The notes under the pieces: model-generated
Told to the model about the DNA's origin: nothing
The model's input: the letters and a program-made list of their open reading frames with translations, nothing else
The model's database searches: none
Made by a program: the position numbers and the translations under genes
Source of the DNA: the human T2T-CHM13v2.0 reference genome, Homo sapiens
DNA: 64,000 nucleotides
Strand: one strand, 5' to 3'
NCBI RefSeq assembly: GCF_009914755.1
Contig: NC_060932.1
Shown: in pieces, positions 26,296-42,077 of the stretch
Numbering within the stretch: position 1 is the first letter of the stretch
Layout: the number at the start of each line of letters is the position of its first letter

Positions 26296-28109
26296 GAGGT
26301 AAGGCGAAGCCCTTTCATCTTTATATTTTTCCTTATGTGGTGTCATTTAGAGAAAAAAAAATGTTCATGCAGACCAACTGATTATTCATAGACATCCTGC
26401 ATTCCCAGATGAATTTAGGCAACCCAACCCAATTCAGCTACCTTCAGTGATTCCCAGAAAACACCCTCATCAAAAATTAATATTATAATTGTGAAAAATA
26501 AATGTTAGGTGTTGTGTTCTTCATGTTCTAGTTTCATAGAGAATAAAAACATAAAACCATACTTTCTTGCTTGACCAGCATTTCTGTAGATACAACAATC
26601 AAAAATAAACTCAGTGTCGTAGAAACAAGGGAGTTGAAGACAGTATTTCATGAAATGAAATCACTTTTAAACGTGATTTTCTAAGATCTAAAAATAGTTT
26701 CTTTTGGTGTGGCCTCATGGGTTTGCCACAAACTTTGTAAAATTTCAAGACTTGATATTGCTTTGAATTGATTTCCAAACCAGGAAGCACCAAGTATGCT
26801 GTACATTTAATCTCTTCCACGGATGAAATAGTTTTTGTAAGATCAACATACAAAAAGCACAGGTGAACTTTAGTAAACAATAAAAACATTTGAAGATTGA
26901 TTTTGGAGATCATATAATCATGTTATTTAAATAGATTCAAATAATTTATTAAAAGTCATGGCAAATTTTTTAATGTTTATTCACAAAATGTATCTTGAAT
27001 TTTGTCATTCTTGTCATTACATGTGCCTGGCTCCTCAAAAGCATTCTCACTTGATATTTTCTCCATAGACATTAACAACACATGTACCTCCCAAATACAG
27101 AGGACACTAATCATAATTTTGAGCAGCACTGCTGAGAAAGATTTTGATAAACTCAAAAGCTTTGCCTTGCCAGAAAAAGCAGAGTCCTAGGAGAATGTAT
27201 TTTCCAGAAACGTTAAAGTCCTGCCTAAAATGTTCATGTTATGGTTATTTTTGACAGATTTTGGATGAATTCTTCTTAGTGATCAAAACTGTGAAAATGT
27301 TTATCTTCTTTTCTAAACTCAAGAATTGAAAATGCCCAGAAGATGGTACTCAGGAAAGTCTGCACAGCCTTTCACAAATAGAACTTACCTCTAGAGCAAA
27401 TGAAAATACAAAAGCAGAAATCAAGAAGATAGTGTTTATCTCAGGGAATAAAAGCCACTTGTAAAGCCCCAGAGATTGCTGCTGCCGCCAGACATTTAGT
27501 TTCATAGGAAGCAAGTGAAAATGAATTTATTAACTACATGGGAAACTGAGTTACTTATATTCACGCACAGGTAAAAAGCATAGTACATTTAATCTAAAAC
27601 AATCAGATCTCATATAATCTGATCCTTTTTCAAAATGTATGGCATTTAACCTTGTTTAATAGTAATTAATTTTCCTGTCTTCTTTTATACCACACTCCCT
27701 TCAATATGCCTGTTGACAAACCTTCAGATTATTTGAACTTTTTATTTCCATTCTATGATCTGGACTGAGAATTAAAAGAGAATGGGAGGTACATGAGGGT
27801 GCATGGACTTCATTCTTTCTTTTTATTTTATAGTATGGTGTTAATTATTGCTAGCATTGATGATTCCCAAGGAGAACATTTCTACTTACTGGACATATAT
27901 GGTTCCTCTCACAGCCGTTTAATCAAATGCATGGTATATTAGCTGTGGGCTAATGAGCTCTTCTTGCTGAAAAGTAGGTAATCCTCACGATTCCCTCACT
28001 TCTGGGTAACATGGCTTCCACCAGGTCAGTCACATGTAATTCAAGTCTTGGGTATTAGAGTAACTGCCATTTCAGATTGGAGAACTCACAAAGGAATTCT
28101 TAATAATAC

Positions 28110-28530
28110 TATGTACGAATCAATTGAGATCATTTCTGTTCCAGCAAAGAAATTTTTTTTTTTTTACAATAGTAAGACTGAAAATGTCATAGAGATATCA
28201 GGCTTCAGGCATAGTTTAATGAGGGCTCTGATTCAATTTTTTTTCTTTCCTTTTTTATGCATAGGCTACATTGACTTCCTCCATGGCATCCAAGTGTAAT
28301 GAGCAGTTCCGGACTTCACATCCATACAACACAGCATTCACATACATAAAGGGATTCAGCACTGGATAAAGTTTGCTCACTGACATTTTTAAACTAATCA
28401 TGGCAGCAAGAAGAATAAAAAAAAAGAACTCAACAGCTGGGATGCCCTTTAAGCCGAGAGTAGTTTTGGATCCTTCTTAACCATAAAGCTACTATGCACT
28501 TGGTGAAAGGGGGATAAAATCACAATACCA
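28110..28530 (-). mobile_element. Old MaLR LTR (MLT1K/L-like)
   Basis: GGCTTCAGGCATAGTTTAATGAGGGCTC...GCAGTTCCGGACTTCACATCC. Confidence 0.45.
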
Positions 28531-31500
28531 ACAACAAAATTACTTGTATTTTAATGGAATATTTCCAAGCCTTGAACAATTCTGGGTGCTTAATAGTGCA
28601 TAGATTTTTCTTGAAATGAAAATTATGTAAATATAAGGCCTGGGGTTTTCTATTTGCTCATGGATTTTCAAAGTTCACTAATGAAATATCCCAGCAAGAT
28701 TTACTTGTTTTACACCACAGACTCGTATTTTTATATAATAGAGTATTATATACCTGTGCAATATAAGAGATCATATTACCTGTGCGTGTGTATGATGCTA
28801 CTGACCTACAAAATACAGAATTATGCTTTCCATAACAACAACCCTCACAAAAGCATTATAACATAGGTTATAAATATAACTTGTCATTAGGTAACTGCGT
28901 TTTATTTTCCTTTGAGTATATTAAAATAAATCACATTAAATTATATGCTTTATTTCATAATATTGAAGTAAATGAAATATTCTGATATTATTTATTATAT
29001 AGGACTTAAATGTATTTACTAAACAAGTATCTGCTGAGTAATTAACCATTGTCAGGCAGTACATAAAGTGACAAAAGGAGAAAACGAATAAGACAAGATT
29101 CCTCCTCACAGCTTTCCCACAAGGTACCACCCACCAACAAGTCATGAAATTAAATGCATGACAACTGCTCAGAATAATAAATATTAAATTCAGATATACC
29201 GAGGTGTTATGGACACTCAGTTACTGATTTAGAAATTAGTCATCACTTAGTTGCTCAGAGGTGACTTGAAACGTAAAGGATGAATGGGGGTTTGTCAGAT
29301 GGACAAAGGAAAAAGGAGATTCACATAGAGAATATTGCTAAGAAGGTAACTAAGAGATATGACAGAACTAGGTGGGTGTGTAGAAGAACAATATAATTTG
29401 TCATGCAGACTGGGATGCATTTGGGAGAAAAAGAGAAGACTGATAATTAAAATTGTATTATGCTTTGGAATATTATTGACCCACAAATTGAGTTTTATAT
29501 GTTGATAGACATAATAATTCTAATAAAATCTAATTCAAAAGTAATTTTTCTAAAAATTAAGAAATAATGTGCATATTAAAGAAAAACTTAAAATCCTCTT
29601 TTTAATTTGATTATCTGAACATTAAATTCAATAGAAGCAGAATAATTAGTGTTTCTTTGTATACTTAAGAGTTTCATGGTTGTTCCAGAATCTAGAAAAT
29701 ATTCTTATTAGGATATTTTTGGTAAGTTATTATTATTTTTACTATTATTATTTTTTATTATACTATAAGTTCTGGAATACATGTGCAGAATGTGCAGGTT
29801 TGTTACATAGGTATACACATGCCATGGTGGTTTGCTGCACTCATCAACCCATCATCTACATTAGGTATTTCTCCTAATGCTATCCCTCCCCTAGACCCCC
29901 ACCCCCTGACAGGTCCCTATGTGTGATGTTCTCCTCCCTGTGTCCATGTGTTCTTATTGTTCAACTTCCACCTATGAGTGAGAACATGTGGTGTTTGGTT
30001 TTCTGTTCCTGTGTTAGTTTGCTGAGAATGATGGTTTCCAGCTTCATCCATGTCCCTGCAGAGGACATGAACTCATCCTTTTTTTATGGCTGCATAGTAT
30101 TCCATGGTGTATATGTGCCACATTTTCTTAATCAAGTCTGTCATTGATGGACATTTGGGTTGTTTCCAAGTCTTTGCGATTGTGAATAGTGCCACAATAA
30201 ACATACATGTGCATGTGTCTTTATAGTAGAATGATTTATAATCCTTTGGGTATATACTCAGTAATGGGATTGCTGGGTCAAATGGTATTTCTGGGTCTAG
30301 ATCCTTGATGAATCACCACACTGTCTTCCACAATGGTTGAACTAACTAACACTCCCACCAACAGTGTAAAAGTGTTCCTATTTCTCCACATCCTCTCCAG
30401 CATCTGTTGTTTCCTGACTTTTTAATGATTGCTATTCCAACTGGCATGAGATGGTATCTCATTGTGGTTTTGATTTACATCTGTCTAATGAACAGTGATG
30501 ATGAGCTTTTCTTCATATGTTTGTTGGCTGCATAAATGTCTTCTTTTGAGAAGTGTCTGTTCATCTGCTTCCCCTACTTCTTGATGGGGTTGTTTTTGCC
30601 TTATAAATTTAAGTTCCTTGTATTTTTTGGATATTAGCTCTTTGTCAGATGGAAGATTGAAAAAATTTTCTCCCATTCTGTAGGTTGCCTGTTCACTCTG
30701 ATGATAGTTTCTTTTGCTGTGAAGAAGCTCTTTAGTTTAATTAGATCCCATTTGTCAATTTTGGCTTTTGTTGCCGTTGCTTTTGGTGTTTTAGTCATGA
30801 AGTTTTGCCCATCCCTATGTCCCTAATGGTATTGCCTAGGTTTTCTTCTAGGGTTTTTATGGTTTTATGTCTTAGGTTGAAGTCTTGAGTTAATTTTTGT
30901 ATAAGATGTATGGAAGGGATCCAGTTTCAGTTTTCTGCATATGGCTAGACAGTTTTACCAACACCATTTATTAAACAGGGAATCCTTTCCCCATCCCTTG
31001 TTTTCGTCAGGTTTGTCAAGATCAGATGGTTGTAGATGTGTGGTGTTATTTCTGAGGCCTCTCTTCTGTTCCATTGGTTTATATATCTGTTTTGGTACCA
31101 GTACCATGCTGTTTTGATTACTGTAGCCTTATAGTATAGTTTGAAGTCAGGTAGCGTGATGCTTCCAGCTTTGTTCTTTTTGCTTAGGATTTTTCTGCCT
31201 ATGTAGGCTCTTTTTTGGTTGCAAATGAAATTTAAAGTAGTTTTTTTCTAATTCTGAGAGACTAGGATTGCCACCCCTGCTTTTTTTATTTCTTTCCATT
31301 TCCTTGGTAAATCTTCTCCATCCCTTTATTTTGAGCCTATATGTGTCTTTGCATGTGAGATGGGTCTCCTGAATACAGCACACCAATGGGTCTCGACTCT
31401 TTATCCAATTTGCCAGTCTGTGTATTTTAATTGGGGCATTTAGCCCATTTACATTTAAGGTTAATATTTTTATGTGTGAATTTGATCCTAACATTATGAT

Positions 31501-33087
31501 GCTAGATGGTTATTTTGTCCGTTAGTTTATGCAGTTTCTTCACAGTGTCTATGGTCTTTACAATTTGGTATGTTTTTGCAGTGGCTGGTACTGGTTTTTC
31601 CTTTCCATATTTAGTGCTTCCTTCAAGAGCTCTTGTAAGGCAGGCCTGGTGGTAACAAAATCTCTCATTGTTTGCTTGTCTATAAAGGATTTTATTTCTC
31701 TGCTTATAAAGCTTAGTTTGGCTGGATATGAAATTCTGGATTGAAAACTTTTTTCCTTAAGAATGTTGAATATTGGCCCCCACTCTTTTCTGGCTTGTAG
31801 GGTTTCTGCAGAGAGATCCACTGTTAGTCTGATGGGCTTCCCTTTGTGGGTAACCCTACCTTTCTCTCTGGCTGCCCTTAACATTTTTTTCCTTCATTTC
31901 AACCTTGGTGAATCTGACAATTATGTGTCTTGGGGTTGCTCTTCTCAATGGGTGCCTTTATGGTGTTCTCTGTATTTCCTGAATTTGAATGTTGGCCTGC
32001 CTTGCTAGGTTTGGGAAGTTCTCCTGGATAATATCCTGAAGAGTGTTTTCCAACTTGGTTCCATTCTCCCTGTCTCTTTCAGGTACACCAATCAAATGTA
32101 GCTTTGGTATTTTCACATAGTTTCATATTTCTTGAAGGCTTTGTTCGTTCTTTTTCATTCTTTTTTCTCTAATCTTGTTTTCATGCTTTAGTTCATTAAG
32201 TTGATCTTCAATCTCTGATATCCTTTCTTCCACTTGATCGATTCAGCTATTGATACTTGTATATGCTTCACAAAGTTCGTGTGCTGTGTTTTTCAGCTCC
32301 ATCAGGCCATTTAGGTTATTTTCTAAACTGCTTATTCTAGTTAGCAATTCCTCTAACCTCTTATCAAGGTTCTTAGCTTCCTTGCATTGAGTTAGAGCAT
32401 GCTCCTTTAGCTCAGTGGAGTTTGTTATTACCCAGCTTCTGAAGCCTACTTCTGCCAATTTGTCAAACTCACTCTCTGTCCAGTTTTGTTCCCTTGTTGG
32501 CGAGGAGTTGTGGTCCTTTGGAGGTGAGGAGGTGTTCTGGTTTTTGGAATTTTCAGCCTTTTTGCTCTGTTTTTTTTCTCATCTTCGTGGATTTATCTAC
32601 CTTGGTCTTTGATGGTGAGCTTCGGATAGGGTTTTTCTGTGGATGTCCTTTTTGTTGATATTGATGCTATTCCTTTCTGTTTGTTAGTTTTCCTTCTAAT
32701 AATCAGACCCCTCTACTGCAGGTCTGCTGGAGATTGCTGGAGGTCCACTCCAGATCCTGTTTGCCTGGGTATCACCAGCGGAGCCTGCAGAACAGCAAAG
32801 ATGGTGGCCTGTTCCTTCCTCTGGAAGATTCTTCCCAGAGAGGCACCCGCCAGATGCCAGCTGGAGCTCTCCTGTATGACGTGTCTGTCGAACCCTGCTG
32901 GGAAGTGTCTCCCAGTCAGGAGGCATGGGGGTCAGGGACCCACTTGAGAAGGCAGAATGTCTCTTAGCAGAGCTTGAGCACTGTGCTGGGAGATCTGCTG
33001 CTCTCTTTAGAGCTGGCAGGCAGGAATGTTTAAGTCTGCTGAAGCTGTGGCCACAGCTGCCCCTTCCCCAAGGTGCTCTGTCCCAAT

Positions 33088-34155
33088 TACTGGGGAACCT
33101 GCCCCGATATTCACATAGGTTCTTTTCTATTTTCCTTAAGCGTCAGCCGACTTGAGAAATAAAGGGACAGAGTACAAAAGAGAGAAATTTTAAAGCTGGG
33201 CATCTGGGGGAGACATCATGTGTCAGTAGGTTCCGTGATGCCCCACAAGCCGCAAAAACCAGCAAGTTTTTATTAGGGATTTTCAAAAGGGGAGGGAGTG
33301 TGCGAATAGGTGTGGCACAGACATCAAGTACTTTACAAGGTAATAGAATATCACAAGGCAAGTGGAGGCAGGGTGAGATCACAGGACCACAGGACCGAGG
33401 CAAAATTAAAATTGCTAATGAAGTTTTGGGCACCATTGTCATTGATAACATCTTATCAGGAGACAGGGTTTTGAGATCAACAGGTCTGACCAAAATTTAT
33501 TAGGTGGGAATTTCCTCTTCCTAATAAGCCTGGGAGCGCTGTGGGAGACTGGGGTCTATTTCACCCCTACAGCCTCGACCATGAGAGACGGCCACGCCCA
33601 GGGGGGGCCAGTTCAGAGACCCACCCCCAGGCGTGCATTCTCTTTCTCAGGGATGTTCCTTGCTGAGAAAAGGAATTCAGCGATATTTCTCCCATTTGCT
33701 TTTGAAAGAAGAGAAATATGGCTCTGTTCCGCCCGGCTCACCAGAGTGAGAGTTTAAGGTTATCTCTCTTATTCCCTGAACAATTGCTGTTATCCTGTTC
33801 TTTTTTCAAGGTGCCCAGATTTCATATTGCTCAAACACACATGCTGTACAATTTGTGCAGTTAACGCAATTATCACTTAGTCCTGAGGCGACATACATCC
33901 TCCTCAGCTGACAGGATTAAGAGATTAAAGTAAAGACAGGCATAGGAAATCACAAGGGTATTGATTGGGGAAGTGATAAGTGTCCATGAAATCTTCACAA
34001 TTTATGTTTAGAGATTGCAGTAAAGGCAGGCATAAGAAATTATAAAAATATTAATTTGGGGAACTAATAAATGTCCACAAAATCTTCACAATCCACGTTC
34101 TTCTGCCATGGCTTCAGCCGGTCCCTCCATTTGGCGTCCCTGACTTCCCGCAACA
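33088..34155 (-). mobile_element. MER11 (ERVK) solo LTR, MER11C-like length
   Basis: Reverse complement begins TGTTGCGGGAAGTCAGGGAC...GGCTGAAGCCATGGCAGAAGAAC; TSD CCAAT (33083-33087 and 34156-34160). Confidence 0.93.
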
Positions 34156-34357
34156 CCAATGAGATAGGAGTTTTATCTGTAAGCCCCTGACTGGGGCTGC
34201 TGCCTTTCTTTCAGAGATGTCCTGCCCAGAGAGGAGGAATCTAGAGAGGCAGTCTGGCTACAGCGGTTTTGCTGAGCTGCAGTAGGCTCTGCCCAGTTCA
34301 AACTTCCTGGCAGTTTTGTTTACACTGAGGGGAAAACCGCCTTCTCAAGCCTCAGTA

Positions 34358-34720
34358 ATGGTGGACGCCCCTCCCCCAACCAAGCTGGAGCATCCCAGGT
34401 CGACTTCAGACTGCTGTGCTGGCAGCGAGAATTTCAAGCCAGTGGATCTTAGCTTGCTGGACTTCATGGGGGTGGGATCCGCTCAGCAAGACCACTTGGC
34501 TCCCTGGCTTCAGTCCCCTTTCCAGGGGAGTGAATGGTTCTGCCTCACTGGCATTACAGGCACCACTGGGATATGGAAAATCAAAACAAAACGAAACAAA
34601 ACAAAAAAACTCCTGCAGCTAGCTCAGTGTCTGCCTAAACAGCTGCCTAGTTTTATGCTTGAAACCCAAGTCCCTGGTGGTGTAGGCACCAGAGGGAATT
34701 TCCTGGCCTGCGAGTTGTGA
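34358..34720 (+). CDS. L1 ORF0-like antisense ORF (120 aa); expression unknown
   Basis: MVDAPPPTKLEHPRSTSDCCAG...DFMGVGS resembles L1 ORF0 (MAGAPPP...SDCCA...DSVGVGP); ATG in GTAATGG context. Confidence 0.45.
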   Translation: MVDAPPPTKLEHPRSTSDCCAGSENFKPVDLSLLDFMGVGSAQQDHLAPWLQSPFQGSEWFCLTGITGTTGIWKIKTKRNKTKKLLQLAQCLPKQLPSFMLETQVPGGVGTRGNFLACEL

Positions 34721-35114
34721 GGACCATGAGAAAAGCGTAGTATCTGGGCCAGAATGCACCGTTCCCCACGACACAGTCCCTCATGGCTTCCCTTGGCTAG
34801 AGGAGGGAGTTCCCCCATGCCTCATGATTCCCAGGTGAGGCAATGCCCCACCCTGCTTCTGCTTGCCCTCAATAGGCTACACCCACTGTCTAACCAGTAC
34901 CAATGAGACGAGCTGGGTACCTCAGTTGGAAATGCAGAAATCATCTGCATTCTGTGTTGATTTTGCTGTGAGCTGCAGATTGGAGCTGTTGCTATTTGGC
35001 CATCTTGCCAGCCACTCCATGCTGTCCTAATTGATTACATTTTAAAGATAATACATTTGAAACTGTTGGTAATAGCAGTTGATTTTTCACTGTAGGCAAT
35101 GAATGATATAGTTT

Positions 35115-35340
35115 ATTTTTTTAAATATCATACACATATATTTACTTTTTGGATGTACGTTTGTAAGAATTTTAACACATGTATAGATTCATGTAACAAC
35201 TCATATAATTAGGGTCAGATTAGGTCTTTCACCTCAAAAATGCTCTGTACTTGTCCTTTGTAGTCACACTCTCCCTCCACTCCTAACCCCCAACAACCAC
35301 TGTTCTGTGTTCTCTCACTGCAGTTTTGTCATTTTTTGAG
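35115..35340 (-). mobile_element. Old L1M (L1MC/ME-like) 3' fragment
   Basis: TTTTAACACATGTATAGATTCATGTAAC...CCTTTGTAGTCACACTCTCCCTCC...CAACCACTG. Confidence 0.7.
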
Positions 35341-36534
35341 AAACTTGCTCTTTCTAATGAGCCTAAATTCATAATTCATAAATTAATAATGAAATGTATA
35401 AATATTTTACACCAACTGTTTTCACTTACTCTCTTTTTGACTACATTAAGAGTAACATCCTATGATGAATATCTTTTTAACACAAAGGCCTTAAATTAAT
35501 CTGTCTCTATTTATAATTCTTTCAATGATTCTAGAAATGTACATGTTGCAACAGTTGCAGATTTTCACAATGCAATTTTATTTCAAATAAGAATATGAAT
35601 TTATCTAATAGAAAATACGGCCTCAGCAATAGGTTGTTTCTATAATTTGAGATATCTCAAAGCACAATCATAACTATCAGAATTAAATCTTGTATTCTAA
35701 TTGAGCTTCCTAATTTAACTTACCAGTTACCCCCATCATTGATAGATATAAATTTCAAAGTTATAACTTCGAATTGAATTGAATTCCTTTCAAAAATTGT
35801 TATTTGATTAAAGCTTAAACAATTGAAATTTTTTATGTGCCAATTTAAGAATATTTTGGTTACAGCTTTTAACTGATTTTGAACAAAATGCAACCAAAAC
35901 TTAGAAGACTGACATTAAAAAATCTAATACTCATTAAAAACCTCTATATTAATTTTTATATCCACTCTTCAAAACCTCAGACATTTCTGAAGTCCTAACA
36001 ATGCAAAGAAACAAAACATACATTGCCATGCTGACTTTCTTTTTCTAAAAAACAATTCCATATGTTAGTTTCATCACTGCACTTTTGTATTACTGTTACT
36101 TGATGTATTTATTTTAAAAACTAAAAGTTACAATCTGTTTTTCCATTATATTTACTTCTGAAGCAATTCCAAGTACATTTTACTGCATTGAAAGGTTACT
36201 GTACCAAAAGATTCAAAATATTACCAAGAATAAGATAAATACCTATTTATCTTATTTTACAAAAATTACAAAATTACATAATTTTACACCATGAAATTAA
36301 TGATAAAACCATTTTGTTAAGAACATTCTCAATCTTTTTGATGGCAGGACTTCTCAGCCTCTATTTTTAACACAGATTTCATGTGTACATAAAGCTGTGA
36401 TTTTCTTATTCTTGACATTGATTGGTAATGGGGTGGCTTTGTGCATCACAGAGTCCATGGCAGGGATCAACATACAACTTCATGGAACACAAATTGGTCT
36501 GGTCAGACATTTTCCCCACTACTACCCTATGTGT

Positions 36535-38965
<2,431 letters not shown>

Positions 38966-39442
38966 GACCACAATATCCTCTTTAAAAATGTCTCCTTCTC
39001 CCTTCATTTTACAAATCAAATGTGCATTTTCCTTCCACTGAAACTTTATAACCTTCCTACTGCATTCATACATTAGGCCCTCCTAGCTAAATTCCCCATT
39101 ATTATTTTAAAGTTACTCTCTGGAATATTTTTGCCTCTCTCACTACTTTATAAGTACTAAGTTATATAGTATTTGCAACATACACCTTCACTCTATTGGC
39201 TAGCTTAGTAGGCAAGTGCCTGAAGAGCATGAAGATAAAATGAATGCAAGTATAGATTCTAGAAGGAAAGATGTGGTTATAGTGTTCTATTCGCCTCTAG
39301 CCTGTTAAACCATATCTGTGGACCTAACTCTGAACACTATCTCCAAAAGAGTTTCAATTAACCAGATAAAAGAAGCCGTAACTTTAAGCGAAAACAAAAT
39401 TCAAAGAAAAAAATCTACTAAATAAATAAGGCCTGTGCTGGG

Positions 39443-39446
<4 letters not shown>

Positions 39447-39513
<67 letters not shown>
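39447..39513. repeat. Compound (GT)17(GA)n microsatellite
   Basis: Directly visible in the sequence. Confidence 0.95.
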
Positions 39514-39515
<2 letters not shown>

Positions 39516-39544
39516 GAGTTTTCTTAAGGAAACAGATACAACAT

Positions 39545-39770
39545 TTTGTCTTTAAATATTTGAAGGATACTTCTGTGAATGGAGAATAAACTTGCTCTGT
39601 GGAATATAAGTAGTGAGAACAAGATCCAATACCTGGAAATTTCTTCTCTGGTTTGCAGAGATGATGCTGCCATTCGGAGTCGCTGGATATGGAATGGGCC
39701 ACCTGAAGAACTATAAATGTGTTTTCACTGGAGACTGTCCTCAAAGATTATACCCACCTTTCATAAACAT
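39545..39770 (+). mobile_element. L3/CR1 fragment
   Basis: TTTAAATATTTGAAGG...CTTGCTCTGTG...AGAACAAGATCCAAT...ATGGAATGGGC...TCACTGGAG resembles the CR1 3' region. Confidence 0.6.
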
Positions 39771-39861
39771 AATGTAAGAGATTCGTGCCTTGCATAAATG
39801 ATAATAATATCAATTAATGTTAATGGAGTATTTAATTGCCACCACAACCAACCTTCAACCA

Positions 39862-39972
39862 ACCTTCCTTCCATCCATCTTTCCTTCCTTCCTTCACTCC
39901 TTCCTTCTCTACTTCCTTCCTTCCTTCCTCCCTCCTACCCTCCCTCCTTCCTTTCTTCCATCTCTCCCTCCC
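39862..39972. repeat. (CCTT)n-like pyrimidine tract, probably an antisense L2 tail
   Basis: Directly visible; followed by L2-like sequence. Confidence 0.85.
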
Positions 39973-40224
39973 AGCTGCTAGTAAAAAGGTATGGTCATCA
40001 ACTGTGCACCAGGATAATGTTCAACACGGGAGTTGCAGTGGCAAACAGATGTGTTTTCTGACCTCATGGAGCATTCCTTTGAGTGGTAAAGACTGATAAT
40101 AAAGTCAACAAATAATTAAGTATATATTATAATACGTTCAAAATATGAATAAAGTGCACATAGAGGGCATAGTTGATATATTTGAAAATTTGCCAGGGTT
40201 TTCCTATCTCTATGCTATTGTATA

Positions 40225-41072
40225 TGTTTTTTACCAGTTTGGTCTTGAGGCCTGTCTCATGATAGTGGCCATAAGCTCTAGCCTTGCCTGAACAGAAATT
40301 CAGGGGACTTAGTCTTGGATGACTACATCAGATATTTCTTTATTCTGGCAGACTACCTAATGCCTAAGTGTCCAACCTGTGACAAGGTATCCCTCTGGAA
40401 ACTTCTTTATACTAAGACACCCTTGTGACTTTTGTTCGACCTGTGTCCAGTTTATTCCTATCAAGATATCAACTCTATAGGAGGTCCTAACTGGGAAAGA
40501 GTTAAGTTTGGGTGGTTCATTCAGGTAAAACACAGAGTAGGCAACTCAACAAAACAATATAAAATAACAGAAACAGTTTATTATTTACAGGTCCCAGAAA
40601 GAGAGGGAAGCACACCCCCGAGGACCAAGGGGAAAAGGCGATTAGTCCAGGACATGCATGCCCAACCAGTGGGTGGGAAGTGAATGAGAGTGAGCCAGAG
40701 ATCTGTGTGCTGAAGTCTTTAATACAATCCATGGCATTACTTAGGTGGGTTTCCTGCGGAGAGTTCTGATGGTGAGTTTAGAGCAAGCGGGGATGAGTTC
40801 CATGGAGTCCACCGTGACTGAGAGGCAGTCACTGTGGCGTATCTGAGCAGTGGATGAGGTGTGTGGGGTCAATAGATTATATCTAGGCTTTTCCATAGGG
40901 AGATGGTCACCGGGAGTTGGTTGTATAAAGTAGATATCTGGATTGGACACATTAAGAAACTAGATGGAGGTGGAAAACTGTAAACAAGGGTGACTATGCC
41001 CTCATCCTGATATGAAAAAATTAAACATATTCAAAATGGATGCCAAGGCAACATAAAATTATAATTTGCTGT
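40225..41072 (-). mobile_element. MER54A-like ERVL solo LTR
   Basis: Reverse complement begins ...ATTATAATTTTATGTTGCCTTGGCATCCATTTTGAATAT...; CCAGATATCTAC...GGTGACCATCTCCCTATGG. Confidence 0.8.
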
Positions 41073-41084
41073 AAATCCTAATTA

Positions 41085-41190
41085 CAGATAAATACACTGA
41101 GCCTCAGACAGGTTAACATCCAACAGCTAATATGTGCCAGAGCTGGATTTCAAATTCAGGTCTATCCAATCCATGTTTGCATTTTCATTG
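41085..41190 (-). mobile_element. MIR fragment
   Basis: TTACAGATAAATACACTGAGCCTCAGA...CAGAGCTGGATTTCAAATTCAGGTCT. Confidence 0.65.
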
Positions 41191-41739
41191 CACTTCAGTG
41201 GGCGGTTGAAGTAAATCCCTAATAAGGCACTTTCAAACCCCAAGATTCATATGACATATGCTGTATTCACAAATATCAGTGAGTCAACAGTAAAGCTGCT
41301 TTCATAGCAACCATTTAATTGTTTTTATTAACATTAGAAATATTTTTCTAATTAAATACTGGTATCAAATTAAAATAAGATATGGTAAAGTATAGGCTAT
41401 AAAGAATGGTGGAACCATTAGTCTAAAAATAGTAACCTACATTTTTTTAAATACATAATGCCATAAGATTTCCTGTGAACCCATTGAGAAGCTACATTTT
41501 CTGTGTATTCAAAATCCTGCCACAAAAGTTGGTATTTTCCCATAAATGTGAATAGACTGATAAGGAGGAGTTATTTTCTGAGATATTTGCTGCAAAATCA
41601 TGTAGACTGTAAATTTGTCTGAAGAATAGACCTGAATATTCTTTGTTAATGTTCTTCCTAGGTATGACATTCAGTTAAATAATTACCAGGGATTTGACTG
41701 CAAGGTACCAAAAAGAGACAGATGTGTATATGAAACACA

Positions 41740-41865
41740 TGCTGAGTTTGCACTCAGATAACCTGAGTTCAAGTCCCAGCTCTAAGCCTCAATTACCTTT
41801 TTTCTATCTGTAAAGTGGGCATAACATTGCTGATTTCACAGTGTTGAATGTTTAGGGTTGAGAAG
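41740..41865 (+). mobile_element. MIR fragment
   Basis: CCTGAGTTCAAGTCCCAGCTCT...ATCTGTAAAGTGGGCATAA. Confidence 0.65.
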
Positions 41866-41914
41866 AAGTGCTGTGCTACCCATAGAGAAATATATCTTCA
41901 TGGCTGAATGAAGT

Positions 41915-42077
41915 CCAGTTTATTCCTACGAAGATATTGACTCTATAGGAGGTTCTAACTGGGAAAGAAGTTTGGGTGTTTCATTCAGGTAAAACACAGA
42001 GTAGACAACTGAACAAAACAACATAAAATAACAGAAACAGTTTATTATTTAAAGGTCTCAGAAAGAGAGGGAAGCAC
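41915..42077 (-). repeat. Second copy of MER54 internal segment 40447-40613, flanked by an 8-bp direct repeat
   Basis: About 11 substitutions and one 4-bp indel versus the donor; AATGAAGT at 41907-41914 and 42078-42085. Confidence 0.93.

Larger units (their letters stand above)
29727..35018 (-). mobile_element. L1PA7-like element with both ends, ~2.2 kb ORF2 deletion and a MER11 in the 5'UTR
   Basis: 5' end reverse complement GGAGTGGCTGGCAAGATGGCC; broken ORF1 (31558..31884, 32243..32458); ORF2 start MLGSNSHIKILTLNVNGLN; EN region fused to late ORF2 at 31256/31257; 3'UTR and tail. Confidence 0.95.

Noticed and set aside
26611-26913. 100-aa minus-strand ORF in unique sequence
   Set aside because: No recognisable homology or clear exon signals; length is compatible with chance.
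32243-33503. Dense overlapping ORFs on both strands
   Set aside because: L1 ORF1/5'UTR and MER11 sequence; higher GC explains the open frames, and ORF1 is broken.
33920-34095. Internal direct repeats (AAATCTTCACAAT, GTAAAG(A/G)CAGGCATA)
   Set aside because: Intrinsic to the MER11 LTR as I recall its consensus.
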